Virus record (IMG/VR): IMGVR_UViG_3300022930_000014
Location: 1 to 40,631 of that record
Direction: 5' to 3' (one strand)
Origin: a virus
Lineage: Duplodnaviria > Caudoviricetes
Length of the DNA stretch: 40,631 nucleotides
Shown here: piece by piece, positions 13,903-22,232 of the stretch
Layout of the letters: each line of letters opens with the position of its first letter
How positions within the stretch are numbered: the first letter of the stretch is position 1
Position numbers and translations under genes: made by a program
Notes under the pieces: model-generated
The model's input: only the letters and a program-made list of their open reading frames with translations
Databases searched by the model: none
Told to the model about the DNA's origin: nothing

Positions 13903-14331
13903 TCAACGACTCCGTATGAATCCTGCTTCCTGCGGATCAGGAATCGAAACTCCTGTGAGTGCTGATAGCTTATCCATAACGTCTGACATCTCCATCTTTG
14001 TCAGCTCTGAAGTTCCCTTCCCAGCCATTCCAACGTGCTTGACCATTTTTCCATTTTCTAGAATACGGACAGTTCGTTCTACTTTGGGAGTGAGATACCT
14101 CTTTACATACTCGTGCATGTCAGCTGTTGTGTTTCCTGTCTCTCGCTCTATCACCTCAAGGAACAGCCAGAAGAATGCGTTCTGTGCAAGGCTTCTTTTC
14201 GGTTGGATACGCTCTATCCGATACGTTGCGTTTGGGTGAGCCTTAACATCACACTGAAACCTTTCTCTGTTGATATCAGATCCTAGGCTAAACTTTCCCG
14301 CTATTGATTTTGCTAAGAATACTCCTGTCAT
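13903..14331 (-). CDS. NinB/Orf-like recombination protein
   Basis: KRSLAQNAFFW...HE.VK...TSELTKMEMS motif. Confidence 0.75.
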   Translation of the reverse strand: MTGVFLAKSIAGKFSLGSDINRERFQCDVKAHPNATYRIERIQPKRSLAQNAFFWLFLEVIERETGNTTADMHEYVKRYLTPKVERTVRILENGKMVKHVGMAGKGTSELTKMEMSDVMDKLSALTGVSIPDPQEAGFIRSR

Positions 14332-14335
14332 AGTG

Positions 14336-14797
14336 TTACTTTACAATCTTAACTTTCTTTCCAACAAATGCTTCGATTTCAGCAACTGTCATTTCTTGAA
14401 CCTCTTCTTCAGCTATAGGCTCTGTCTTTACCTCCCAACCTGACTTTTTTATTTCGTCTAGGGTATATGTGCCTGCATGTACAAATATACCAGTGTCGTC
14501 TTTGTAGCCCATAAAATATAGTCTACCGAACACCTCTAGTATTGTTCTTTCTCTACTGTCTTTTACTACAACATCGTCTTTTTCTAGATCGTCTAAAGTT
14601 TTATCTGTCTTAGATAAACATTCTTCGGCAAATGATATATTATCTCCATCTACTACAACCTGATATTTGTAAATAGAATGGTATGAGTTTATACTTTCAA
14701 TTACACCAATCTTGCCGACATACTTTTGTTCACTTGGATAACCATCGTTTATTCGCACTATCTTTACCTTTTCATTAAGTTTGTATATATGTTTCAT
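14336..14797 (-). CDS. Hypothetical protein (SH3/KOW-like)
   Basis: KVKIV...GKIGVI...Y.V..; C-terminal MTVAEIEA..GKKVKIVK. Confidence 0.6.
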   Translation of the reverse strand: MKHIYKLNEKVKIVRINDGYPSEQKYVGKIGVIESINSYHSIYKYQVVVDGDNISFAEECLSKTDKTLDDLEKDDVVVKDSRERTILEVFGRLYFMGYKDDTGIFVHAGTYTLDEIKKSGWEVKTEPIAEEEVQEMTVAEIEAFVGKKVKIVK

Positions 14798-14806
14798 ATG
14801 TTTGTT

Positions 14807-15433
14807 TTAGAATGATAGCTCTTCGACTATCTTATTAACTCTTTCGAGCGTTTGGTTTTGGTAATCCTTGTAAAACTCTATCTCTTCCTCTATATCTTCT
14901 CTGTTTACCGTAATCCAAAATAGTGGTTTTACGGTCACTCGAGGGTCATAAAATAGGAAGTATAGTTTCTGTAGGTCTTCGTTAAGAATAAAATACTGTA
15001 TCTTTTGTGCTGTATACTCGGAAGGAATCTCCTGTGTGATAAGAGCCTCAATATGCCGTGCCGATTTCAGACACTTGACTTCTGCGGCTTCAGGTATAAT
15101 ATCTCCTTCATATATGCTTCCGTCAGGAGAGCAGGCTATGTTTTCGTTCTCTTCAGATATCCACATTCCTCCCTTGGTTACAGTCTTTCCAGTCATTTCA
15201 GAAAACAAAGCAAGTGCCTCGTCTTCCAATCTGTGACCTCTGTCGTGTTCCTTCTCCTCGTCCTCCTCAAGAGTATTTTCAACTGCAAGCCTATCCGCAA
15301 TAAGCTGATAGAATCCTATCTTCGTTCCGTTTCCCTTGAGTGTTACGATATCCTTTAGCTTAGATCCTGTTATCTTTCCTTTTCGAAGTTCCAACCATTC
15401 AGGCGAGTTTTGTTCTACTTGTATGATTTTCAT
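14807..15433 (-). CDS. YqaJ/lambda-exonuclease-family recombination nuclease
   Basis: EQNSPEWLELRKGKITGS...RGHRLE...CSPDG...EVKC. Confidence 0.9.
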   Translation of the reverse strand: MKIIQVEQNSPEWLELRKGKITGSKLKDIVTLKGNGTKIGFYQLIADRLAVENTLEEDEEKEHDRGHRLEDEALALFSEMTGKTVTKGGMWISEENENIACSPDGSIYEGDIIPEAAEVKCLKSARHIEALITQEIPSEYTAQKIQYFILNEDLQKLYFLFYDPRVTVKPLFWITVNREDIEEEIEFYKDYQNQTLERVNKIVEELSF

Positions 15434-15435
15434 GG

Positions 15436-15924
15436 CTATTTGAGTTTGGATTTTAGTTCGTCTTTCTTGTTTATAATTTCCTTGTCTGCCATGAGGCTTC
15501 CAAGCGACATGAAGACATCTCTCAACTCTTCCTTGTTCTTGCACTCCTCAAGCTTCTTTAACGCCTCCTCCTTCTTCTCAGCCTTGAACTCGTAGAACAA
15601 GTCCATCTCCTCTGAGCTTGCAATCTCACCACTAGCCATGTATCCAAGCAATGCAAGTGCACGCCCAGTAGCTACGGTCTCAAGCTTCTCAAACGCTTTG
15701 AGTCCTGTATTCTTTCCCAATGCGTGACCTGTCGCACTACCTGAAGTTTCGTCCGACTTGTCCTTCAATATGTATACCTCGAACATTATCTGTCCGTCAG
15801 GCATGATTGTAGGCTTTGTCTTGATGTCACCTCTTGGATTTTCCTCTCTGAATATTTTGAGCCGGTCAACTACTTTTGCGTAGTCAGCTGTACCAAGTTT
15901 CATTGTTTTTGTATTTGTTTTCAT
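15436..15924 (-). CDS. Single-strand annealing protein (Rad52/Sak-like)
   Basis: YAKVVDRL..F...ATGHA...EKLETVATGRALALLG; adjacent to the exonuclease. Confidence 0.65.
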   Translation of the reverse strand: MKTNTKTMKLGTADYAKVVDRLKIFREENPRGDIKTKPTIMPDGQIMFEVYILKDKSDETSGSATGHALGKNTGLKAFEKLETVATGRALALLGYMASGEIASSEEMDLFYEFKAEKKEEALKKLEECKNKEELRDVFMSLGSLMADKEIINKKDELKSKLK

Positions 15925-15929
15925 AAGGT

Positions 15930-16085
15930 TTACTTTAAGTCTATTATTATGTTCCAGAACAACCAACCTATGTATATCGACTTTGCACCGTTCCAACCAT
16001 ATGCAATAGAAGGAGTTATATCAATGTATATGAGTTCTTGATTGAAGGTTATGTTTTTGTATGTGAATGTTTTCTTTTTTCTCAT
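15930..16085 (-). CDS. Small hypothetical protein (51 aa)
   Basis: MRKKKTFTY... fills the gap in the early operon. Confidence 0.45.
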   Translation of the reverse strand: MRKKKTFTYKNITFNQELIYIDITPSIAYGWNGAKSIYIGWLFWNIIIDLK

Positions 16086-16089
16086 ATCT

Positions 16090-16389
16090 TTACTCGGACT
16101 GTCCGACTTCTATAGGTTCTTCGTAATCCGTTTTTTTGTTTCCGAGACCCATGTGTATATCTATCTCCTTTTGCACAAGTTCCTTTTGGGTATACAGGTT
16201 CTCAAGTTTGATGTTGATTTGCTTTGACTTGATTTCAGCAACTCGCTTCTCAATGGCATTCAATCCCTTTTGAGCGAGTACTTCTTGCCAAGTTCCAGCG
16301 TTCAGTTCGAGTTCTATAAGTTGCTTGCTGATTTCAATATCTTTCTCTACAAGTTTCTCATACTCTCGTTCTCTATTTGCTTTTGCCAT
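16090..16389 (-). CDS. Hypothetical coiled-coil protein
   Basis: 99 aa ORF in the operon. Confidence 0.6.
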   Translation of the reverse strand: MAKANREREYEKLVEKDIEISKQLIELELNAGTWQEVLAQKGLNAIEKRVAEIKSKQINIKLENLYTQKELVQKEIDIHMGLGNKKTDYEEPIEVGQSE

Positions 16390-16834
16390 TTGGTTTTTTT
16401 GGGTGTAGTGGTTTATCTGTTAAGTTTGATATTTTTATACCGTCAACTATTCTGAAGTATTCATGTGGTAATCTGCCGGCACGAGTATTCTTCAATCGTA
16501 GTTTGTTGTATGTCTTTCTGTTTGTTTCTGACTGTCGAGCTTTTCTTTCAGCCTCACTCATCTTAGCTCTTTTCTTTCGTATCAAAATCTTTTTTGTTGG
16601 AGATTCTACAACTGGAGTTCCTTCTGTAGTAGGGTAACCTGGTAGCATGAATGGTTTTGTATTTTTTATTTCAATGTCCCAACCTTTCTTCATCAGTCCC
16701 GCTTTATATCCTTGCTCGTGTGCCTCTCGTTGTACGTTTCCGATTATTCTCTCTGCATCTTTCGTAATGTTTGCGATAGATTCTTTATAGTTTTTTACGA
16801 TTCTATCGTGTGTTGATTTAAGTATAAATAGCAT
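16373..16834 (-). CDS. Hypothetical basic protein
   Basis: 153 aa ORF in the operon. Confidence 0.6.
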   Translation of the reverse strand: MLFILKSTHDRIVKNYKESIANITKDAERIIGNVQREAHEQGYKAGLMKKGWDIEIKNTKPFMLPGYPTTEGTPVVESPTKKILIRKKRAKMSEAERKARQSETNRKTYNKLRLKNTRAGRLPHEYFRIVDGIKISNLTDKPLHPKKPNGKSK

Positions 16835-17041
16835 AAAATTATTTTAGTACGAATATATCAACTAGGACTGCTGATAAAAATATGCAAGCGTATGTTGCTA
16901 TGATAGCTCCCCCGATGAATACTTTCATAGGAGTTCTTTTTCGATTTAGCTCTACGTTGTTTCTTTGTGTTTGTAGCAGTTCTTGTGTTGACTTCATATA
17001 TTTTTTGTATCAGCGGTTATTTGTAAATTGCTGATACATAT

Positions 17042-17096
17042 AGTCTATCAAATATGTTACAACTGTCAACATTGTGGATAATTAAATTGTGGATAA
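17042..17096 (-). promoter_or_regulatory. Promoter (TTGACA-16-TAGACT) with two DnaA-box-like 9-mers
   Basis: TGTGGATAA at 17073 and 17088; TGTTACAAnTGTCAACA shared with 10474. Confidence 0.6.
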
Positions 17097-17339
17097 CTAT
17101 TGTTTAGGTATGAATGACAGTATGTGGGCAATAACGTCAACAGTCCAGCCATCTCCTATACAACCTGCTGCTTTATTTCTTGTCAGTATTTTTGTATATC
17201 CATCTGGAAGAGTTTGCAATCTTTCCAATTCAATTTGTTTAAATCCATTCACTATCTTATCTTCAAAATCCTCAGGTCTACCCCATTCAATGAGTTTCTT
17301 GTGTCCGAAATGCGTGTCTGTTGTTATGTATATCTTCAT
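17097..17339 (-). pseudogene. Deletion chimera: metallophosphoesterase N-terminus fused to C5 DNA methyltransferase C-terminus
   Basis: MKIYITTDTHFGH plus ERLQTLPDGYT...IGDGWTVDVIAHI in one 80-aa frame. Confidence 0.7.
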
Positions 17340-17348
17340 GTAGTTTAG

Positions 17349-17666
17349 TTATTTGGTTTTAACTACTGATAAATCTATAAAACATTCTCCGTGACTAATA
17401 CTTAATGTATACACAATTCTACCATGATTCATTTCTTCAGGTTCTCCAATCTGTTTAATTGAAAAATCTGATATAAGTTCCTGTATAACTACTTCTATGC
17501 TAGACGGTTTCTCATACCAAGCTATAGCAACTAAATCAAAATCTCTTGCAAGACTACCATGTATGGCAAGTGCATATCCATGTTTCTGAAATATCTTGCA
17601 TAAATCAGGATACAGTGCAGCATATACTGGAGCGTAGTTTGGTTTTAAATCTTCCGTTTTTTTCAT
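17349..17666 (-). CDS. Hypothetical phage protein (possible nucleotidyltransferase-like fold)
   Basis: GYALAIHGSLARDFDLVA (GS..DxD). Confidence 0.55.
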   Translation of the reverse strand: MKKTEDLKPNYAPVYAALYPDLCKIFQKHGYALAIHGSLARDFDLVAIAWYEKPSSIEVVIQELISDFSIKQIGEPEEMNHGRIVYTLSISHGECFIDLSVVKTK

Positions 17667-17669
17667 ATA

Positions 17670-18125
17670 TTATTGTTTGCCTAGTAGGCTTTCTATTTGT
17701 AATGCTATCTCATGACCAGCTACCATTTTTGCACTCTTGGATAAATCTTTATCTAGCCCCTCACTTGCTCCTGATAGAAGAACATTTACATATCCATAGG
17801 CAATCTCTGCACACTTCTTCACCAATTCTTCCTGCGACTTCTTGAACTGCACTCCTCTAGCACAAGTACAGGGGTTGTAGTACGGGGTTGGTTGAGCATA
17901 TGGTATTTCATCACCAAAGTCATAGCTACCAGCTACATTATCTAGGTTGGTGTAATAACCTTTTCCATAACAGTTCTTACAACCTCCAAAGGCTTTAATC
18001 AATTCTTCTTCTTGTTCCTTCATACGATCGAGCCAGTAGTCTGTATATACATCTATACTAATAGAACTAAATATATTTTTTCGAGTAAATGCTCTAAAAT
18101 CATCTCGTAGTTGTTGTGTTGTCAT
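17670..18125 (-). CDS. Zn-finger-containing hypothetical protein
   Basis: CKNCYGKG...PCTC. Confidence 0.6.
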   Translation of the reverse strand: MTTQQLRDDFRAFTRKNIFSSISIDVYTDYWLDRMKEQEEELIKAFGGCKNCYGKGYYTNLDNVAGSYDFGDEIPYAQPTPYYNPCTCARGVQFKKSQEELVKKCAEIAYGYVNVLLSGASEGLDKDLSKSAKMVAGHEIALQIESLLGKQ

Positions 18126-18129
18126 AATT

Positions 18130-18402
18130 TTATTTTCTATCTTTAGTTAAATGACCTTTACATCTACCTTCTCTGTCTACATTATTACATCCTGTGTAAT
18201 ATGTATGGCCTCTTTCCTTTGCAGTCATAAGAGAGTGAAATGCCTCAAGTGGTGTGCCATCAAATATGTTTACTCCTCGCTGTAGTTTTTGCAGTGCAAC
18301 ATCTATAGGTACGCATACGTGATATGTTGTTGGTTCTTGTTTCGCAAGTTCCCTAACTACTCTCCTAAAACCGTCTTTTTTTCTTTTTGGTGTAGTTTGC
18401 AT
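18130..18402 (-). CDS. Hypothetical protein
   Basis: 90 aa with C-terminal C..D..G.C.GH. Confidence 0.55.
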   Translation of the reverse strand: MQTTPKRKKDGFRRVVRELAKQEPTTYHVCVPIDVALQKLQRGVNIFDGTPLEAFHSLMTAKERGHTYYTGCNNVDREGRCKGHLTKDRK

Positions 18403-18409
18403 ATAATGT

Positions 18410-18784
18410 TTATATTAAGTTATTTTCCTTTAAATAAATGAGCATTTTTGCTCGGGCATCTGCTTCATTATCTGCATCCAAATCTTGATAATCCCTTACA
18501 TTTTTTACAAACTCTGCAGATAATGAACATTTCCAAGTATTTTGGTATTCACTATTGAATGTCGCACAGCCTTTTGGCAGCATCTCGCCAAGCTCGGCTA
18601 CTGTGTATGCTGGAATACAATCATTTAGGTTTACATCATCAAGTATAAGTTGATTTCTATATACAGGAACTATTCCAGTCACTCCATATCTAGCATAGTA
18701 AAATAATGGCTTATCGATTTTTAATCCAAGCTCTTTCATTCTTTTTGACAGCTCTAGGCTGGTTACTTGTTGTTCGAGTTTCAT
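18410..18784 (-). CDS. Conserved phage hypothetical protein
   Basis: VTSLELSKRMKELG...AYTVAELGEMLP...EADARAKMLIYL. Confidence 0.65.
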   Translation of the reverse strand: MKLEQQVTSLELSKRMKELGLKIDKPLFYYARYGVTGIVPVYRNQLILDDVNLNDCIPAYTVAELGEMLPKGCATFNSEYQNTWKCSLSAEFVKNVRDYQDLDADNEADARAKMLIYLKENNLI

Positions 18785-18786
18785 AT

Positions 18787-19077
18787 CTAGTATGTCTTGT
18801 GTTTCTTAAATGCTTCTCCTCTGTTGTGTATAATGCTTGATATTGCTTGTGTTGTAATACCATACTTTTCTGCTATTTCTCGTTGTTTAACTCCTTCTTT
18901 GTACATAGCTATGATGTGTTTGTTTCTTGTCTTGTTCTGAGCCACTCTATCTCTGTAGAGTAAGCTCTTTACTTTGAGAATTGTCATACTAAAATGATGG
19001 GAAATGTACTCGACTGACTTGCCCTCTGAATACATTTCTAGTATTTTCTTTTTTCTTTTCGATGTACAAACTTGCAT
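18787..19077 (-). CDS. Tandem HTH DNA-binding protein
   Basis: Two HTH-like segments (G.SVEYISHHF; GVKQREIAEKYGITTQAISSI). Confidence 0.75.
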   Translation of the reverse strand: MQVCTSKRKKKILEMYSEGKSVEYISHHFSMTILKVKSLLYRDRVAQNKTRNKHIIAMYKEGVKQREIAEKYGITTQAISSIIHNRGEAFKKHKTY

Positions 19078-19742
19078 TATGCTTTGTTTAGATTATCTTG
19101 ATCTTTCTTACTAAAGAAGTTTATCCCACTAGTGTCGTTCGATGTCATAGTGCCGCTAGCAAAACCTCTTGTATTCGTTGAAAGACTAGAAAACATCACT
19201 TGAATACCCTTGTCACTTGTCTTAAAGTTAGATACATCTTGAAGGTTTGATATTCCAAATCTTTTTGATGTTGCAAAACTATCTTGGTTAGCTCCCAAGA
19301 ATACAAACTTCCAGCCTTTATTCTCTAAAGTTTTTATCTGTAGAGATAAATCTTTCTCATTGTATGTTCGTGATGAGTTTTCTTCTCCGTCTGTAACAAT
19401 AATACACAAGGTTCTATCAGATGACATTTCAGGAGTGACATCTCGTATTGTTTCGACAACTGCATCATACAACGCTGTGCCTCCTCCTGTTCTATATGAA
19501 TCAGAATCTAGTTTATGTTTCTTTGACAGTTTTTCGTTCTTGAATAGTCTTTCAACTGTAGTATCAAACAATGTCATAGAAACTGTATACTCTGCTTTCT
19601 CATCTTTAATCAAATCTCCTAGATATTCGTTCACTCCTGATATAGTTTGTTTCGATATACCTTCCATGCTTCCGCTTTTGTCAAGTATAACTACAAGATT
19701 TACTTTGTTCTTTTTTGTTTGTGTTTTAGTTGTTGTTTTCAT
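19077..19742 (-). CDS. vWA domain protein
   Basis: MIDAS DKSGSM, GGTALYDA, VTDGEENSS, FLGANQD. Confidence 0.9.
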   Translation of the reverse strand: MKTTTKTQTKKNKVNLVVILDKSGSMEGISKQTISGVNEYLGDLIKDEKAEYTVSMTLFDTTVERLFKNEKLSKKHKLDSDSYRTGGGTALYDAVVETIRDVTPEMSSDRTLCIIVTDGEENSSRTYNEKDLSLQIKTLENKGWKFVFLGANQDSFATSKRFGISNLQDVSNFKTSDKGIQVMFSSLSTNTRGFASGTMTSNDTSGINFFSKKDQDNLNKA

Positions 19743-19748
19743 ACGATA

Positions 19749-19834
19749 ATTGTATCACACTATTGTTTACGCAAGTAAACTTTCATGTGTGGATAACTTA
19801 CTATTGTACATTGTAATATTTTTAGTGGTACAAT
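19749..19834. promoter_or_regulatory. Divergent early/replication promoter region with a DnaA-box-like 9-mer
   Basis: TACAAT 6 nt before each divergent ATG; TGTGGATAA at 19788. Confidence 0.6.
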
Positions 19835-19840
19835 GTGAGC

Positions 19841-20368
19841 ATGAAATATAAAAATGCAACAATGAAGGAAGTTGACCAAAAAATTGTCGACTTGATTATA
19901 AAAAATAGTGTCACTGGACTTAGCCCTGAAGATAGAAACTCAGGCTTGTTCCTTAAGGGTTTATTCCTTTTTGGTGACAGCGGAGTGGGCAAGACATACA
20001 TCTTGCACGCGATAGCGAATACGATCAAGAAAACAGGTAGAGACGCTGAAGTAGACGTATGGCAGGAAGTTTTGTTCGATACAAAAAACAGCTTTGCAGA
20101 AAGGCAGTCTCCAATCCAAAAGTTCAGAACGCGTGATTATATTCTTCTCGACGATATCGGTGCTGAAAAAGATTCTGAGTGGTCACAGGAAATGCTATTC
20201 ATGGTCATCAATCGGGCAGAACTCAACGAGTCCGCATTATTCATTACAACAAACTTGTCGATAGAGGCATTCACCAAACAATACGGGGACAGAATCATGT
20301 CGCGTATCGAGGGCATGTGTAATTTCTACGAGCTAAAGGGCGAAGATCGCCGAGCGGCAAATGAGTAA
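19841..20368 (+). CDS. DnaC/IstB-like helicase loader ATPase
   Basis: Walker A GDSGVGKT, Walker B LLDDIGAE, ITTN, RIMSRI, G.DRR. Confidence 0.88.
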   Translation: MKYKNATMKEVDQKIVDLIIKNSVTGLSPEDRNSGLFLKGLFLFGDSGVGKTYILHAIANTIKKTGRDAEVDVWQEVLFDTKNSFAERQSPIQKFRTRDYILLDDIGAEKDSEWSQEMLFMVINRAELNESALFITTNLSIEAFTKQYGDRIMSRIEGMCNFYELKGEDRRAANE

Positions 20369-21122
20369 AGTCAACAAGCGTATGTTCAACGAGCAGATAA
20401 CGAGAAGCGACGCTTTTTTGGATATGCCAGCTGAGTCTCAATGCCTGTATTTTCATCTTGGAACTGCGGCTGACGACGACGGATTTGTGGATAATCCGAA
20501 GACCATAATGCGTATGCTTGGTTCGAGTGAAGATGTGTACAAGATTCTTGTCGCAAAGAAGTTTGTGCTTGTTTTTGACAATGGTATCTGCGTTATCAAG
20601 CATTGGAGAATCAACAACTACATTAGAAAACAGATTTACAAGGAAACCAAGTACGGCAAGGAAAGAGCCATGCTGTACATACGTGAAAACGGAACGTACA
20701 CATTCAACCCTGAAGGTGCAGTGAGGCTTCCCGAGGGTCATTTCACAGTCAAAGGAGACATCAATAATGATTACGTCGACAACGTGTCGACAGTACGTAG
20801 ACCTAGTATAGATAAGAATAGTATAGATAAGATAAGAATAGATATAACACCAACACAAAAGTTCACACCACCAAAAGTTGAGGAGATAGCAGAATATTGC
20901 AAGTCTCGAGGCAACAAGGTTGATCCTGAACGCTTCTGGAACTTCTACGAATCAAAGGGCTGGGTCATTGGGAAATCGAAAATGAAAAACTGGAAGGCTG
21001 CAGTTCATACCTGGGAAAAATCTACAGGAGGAACTGCTCCACAGAAGAACGTGTTGCATAGTGCAACGACAAGTGATAGAATTACACGTATACAAAGCAA
21101 ACTAAAAAGCACATCACAATGA
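20361..21122 (+). CDS. Phage replisome organiser / replication initiator
   Basis: RMF...SDAFLDMP..SQCLYFHL...ADDDGF N-domain; F.PP.VEE..EYC...FWNFYESKGW..MKNWKAA C-domain. Confidence 0.85.
   Translation: MSKVNKRMFNEQITRSDAFLDMPAESQCLYFHLGTAADDDGFVDNPKTIMRMLGSSEDVYKILVAKKFVLVFDNGICVIKHWRINNYIRKQIYKETKYGKERAMLYIRENGTYTFNPEGAVRLPEGHFTVKGDINNDYVDNVSTVRRPSIDKNSIDKIRIDITPTQKFTPPKVEEIAEYCKSRGNKVDPERFWNFYESKGWVIGKSKMKNWKAAVHTWEKSTGGTAPQKNVLHSATTSDRITRIQSKLKSTSQ
20804..20846. repeat. AT-rich short tandem repeats (putative origin iterons)
   Basis: TAGTATAGATAAGAA / GATAAGAATAG repeats in the initiator linker, as in lambdoid origins. Confidence 0.5.
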
Positions 21123-21394
21123 AATCATCAACATCAACACCACATGAACAAGGATCTGTTAGAAATCGAATCGAGGCATTGCAGCACAACCTCAGCCTAA
21201 TTTCTAACGCTGTGGAGGTAATCGAGGACAAGATAAACCCAATACTAAGCTTCCCTGTTCCCGAGAAAGAAATTACTACTGGACTTGAACAGACACCATC
21301 TTGTGAGCTTGAAGAAACTTTGAACAACGCTATCGCACGGACACACATCATACTTGCAAATCTAGAAAAAATTAACAGCCGAATAGAGCTATAA
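21119..21394 (+). CDS. Hypothetical protein
   Basis: ATGA overlap with the initiator gene. Confidence 0.6.
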   Translation: MKSSTSTPHEQGSVRNRIEALQHNLSLISNAVEVIEDKINPILSFPVPEKEITTGLEQTPSCELEETLNNAIARTHIILANLEKINSRIEL

Positions 21395-21398
21395 AATT

Positions 21399-21695
21399 AT
21401 GAAACCATTGGAATCAGATACTCGACCACCGAGCATTGAGGAATTGCAAAACACAAACCGAGCGTATCGGAGAATGTGGGGGAAAAAGCTCGGAGTAAAG
21501 ATACGGGGAACTCAGGACTCTGCAAAGCTCGTGCATACGATTCACAACCCTATCGACTTCAAGGAGGCAATGAAAGCTGGAATGAAGGCACTAGTTGGAA
21601 ACAAGGCAATCGTCAAGGAAATTGGAGATTACAAAATCGTCGTAAGCAAAGATGAAGAAAAACCAAAAAAAACAAGAAAGAAAAAAGCTGAGTAA
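21399..21695 (+). CDS. Hypothetical protein
   Basis: 98 aa ORF in the operon. Confidence 0.6.
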   Translation: MKPLESDTRPPSIEELQNTNRAYRRMWGKKLGVKIRGTQDSAKLVHTIHNPIDFKEAMKAGMKALVGNKAIVKEIGDYKIVVSKDEEKPKKTRKKKAE

Positions 21696-21876
21696 AGTAC
21701 CCATCAAGCGATTTGTCATTAAGAAATACATAATGGCTAAATCTGCTCAGCAGGCTTTGAAGATCGAAAGGAGAACCAAGCCTGACGATGTGTGGGTTGA
21801 CGAGGATTGGAAGAAGGAGAATCCCAACACGTTGCAATCAGCAATAGGATTCGAGGTGTATGATTATGAGGACTAG
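21652..21876 (+). CDS. Hypothetical protein
   Basis: 74 aa ORF; start uncertain. Confidence 0.5.
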   Translation: MKKNQKKQERKKLSKVPIKRFVIKKYIMAKSAQQALKIERRTKPDDVWVDEDWKKENPNTLQSAIGFEVYDYED

Positions 21877-21899
21877 ACAAAATGTGGTATAATGCGACA

Positions 21900-22232
21900 A
21901 TGGACGATACAGAGAAACAGGATAAAAAACAATATGATTGGCTTAGAGGATACCAATTCGTCAAAGGACAGTCAGGAAACCCAGGAGGAAGACCAAAGGG
22001 AAAGTCTCTCAAGACTTTTGCTAAGGAATACCTAGAGTCGCTTCCTGATTCAGAGAAGATTGAATACCTAAAGACCCTTCCTGCTGAAATAGTATGGAAG
22101 ATGGCTGAAGGAAACCCTGATACCAAGTCTGACACGACTACAACCGTGGTAGTGGTAGACAAGGAAGCCAAGGAGAAGGCGGATAAGGTAATACAAGACT
22201 TTCTACATGGAAATACAGGAAATACTCAATAG
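21900..22232 (+). CDS. terS: Terminase small subunit (putative)
   Basis: F.KGQSGNPGGRPKG motif, directly upstream of terL. Confidence 0.7.
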   Translation: MDDTEKQDKKQYDWLRGYQFVKGQSGNPGGRPKGKSLKTFAKEYLESLPDSEKIEYLKTLPAEIVWKMAEGNPDTKSDTTTTVVVVDKEAKEKADKVIQDFLHGNTGNTQ

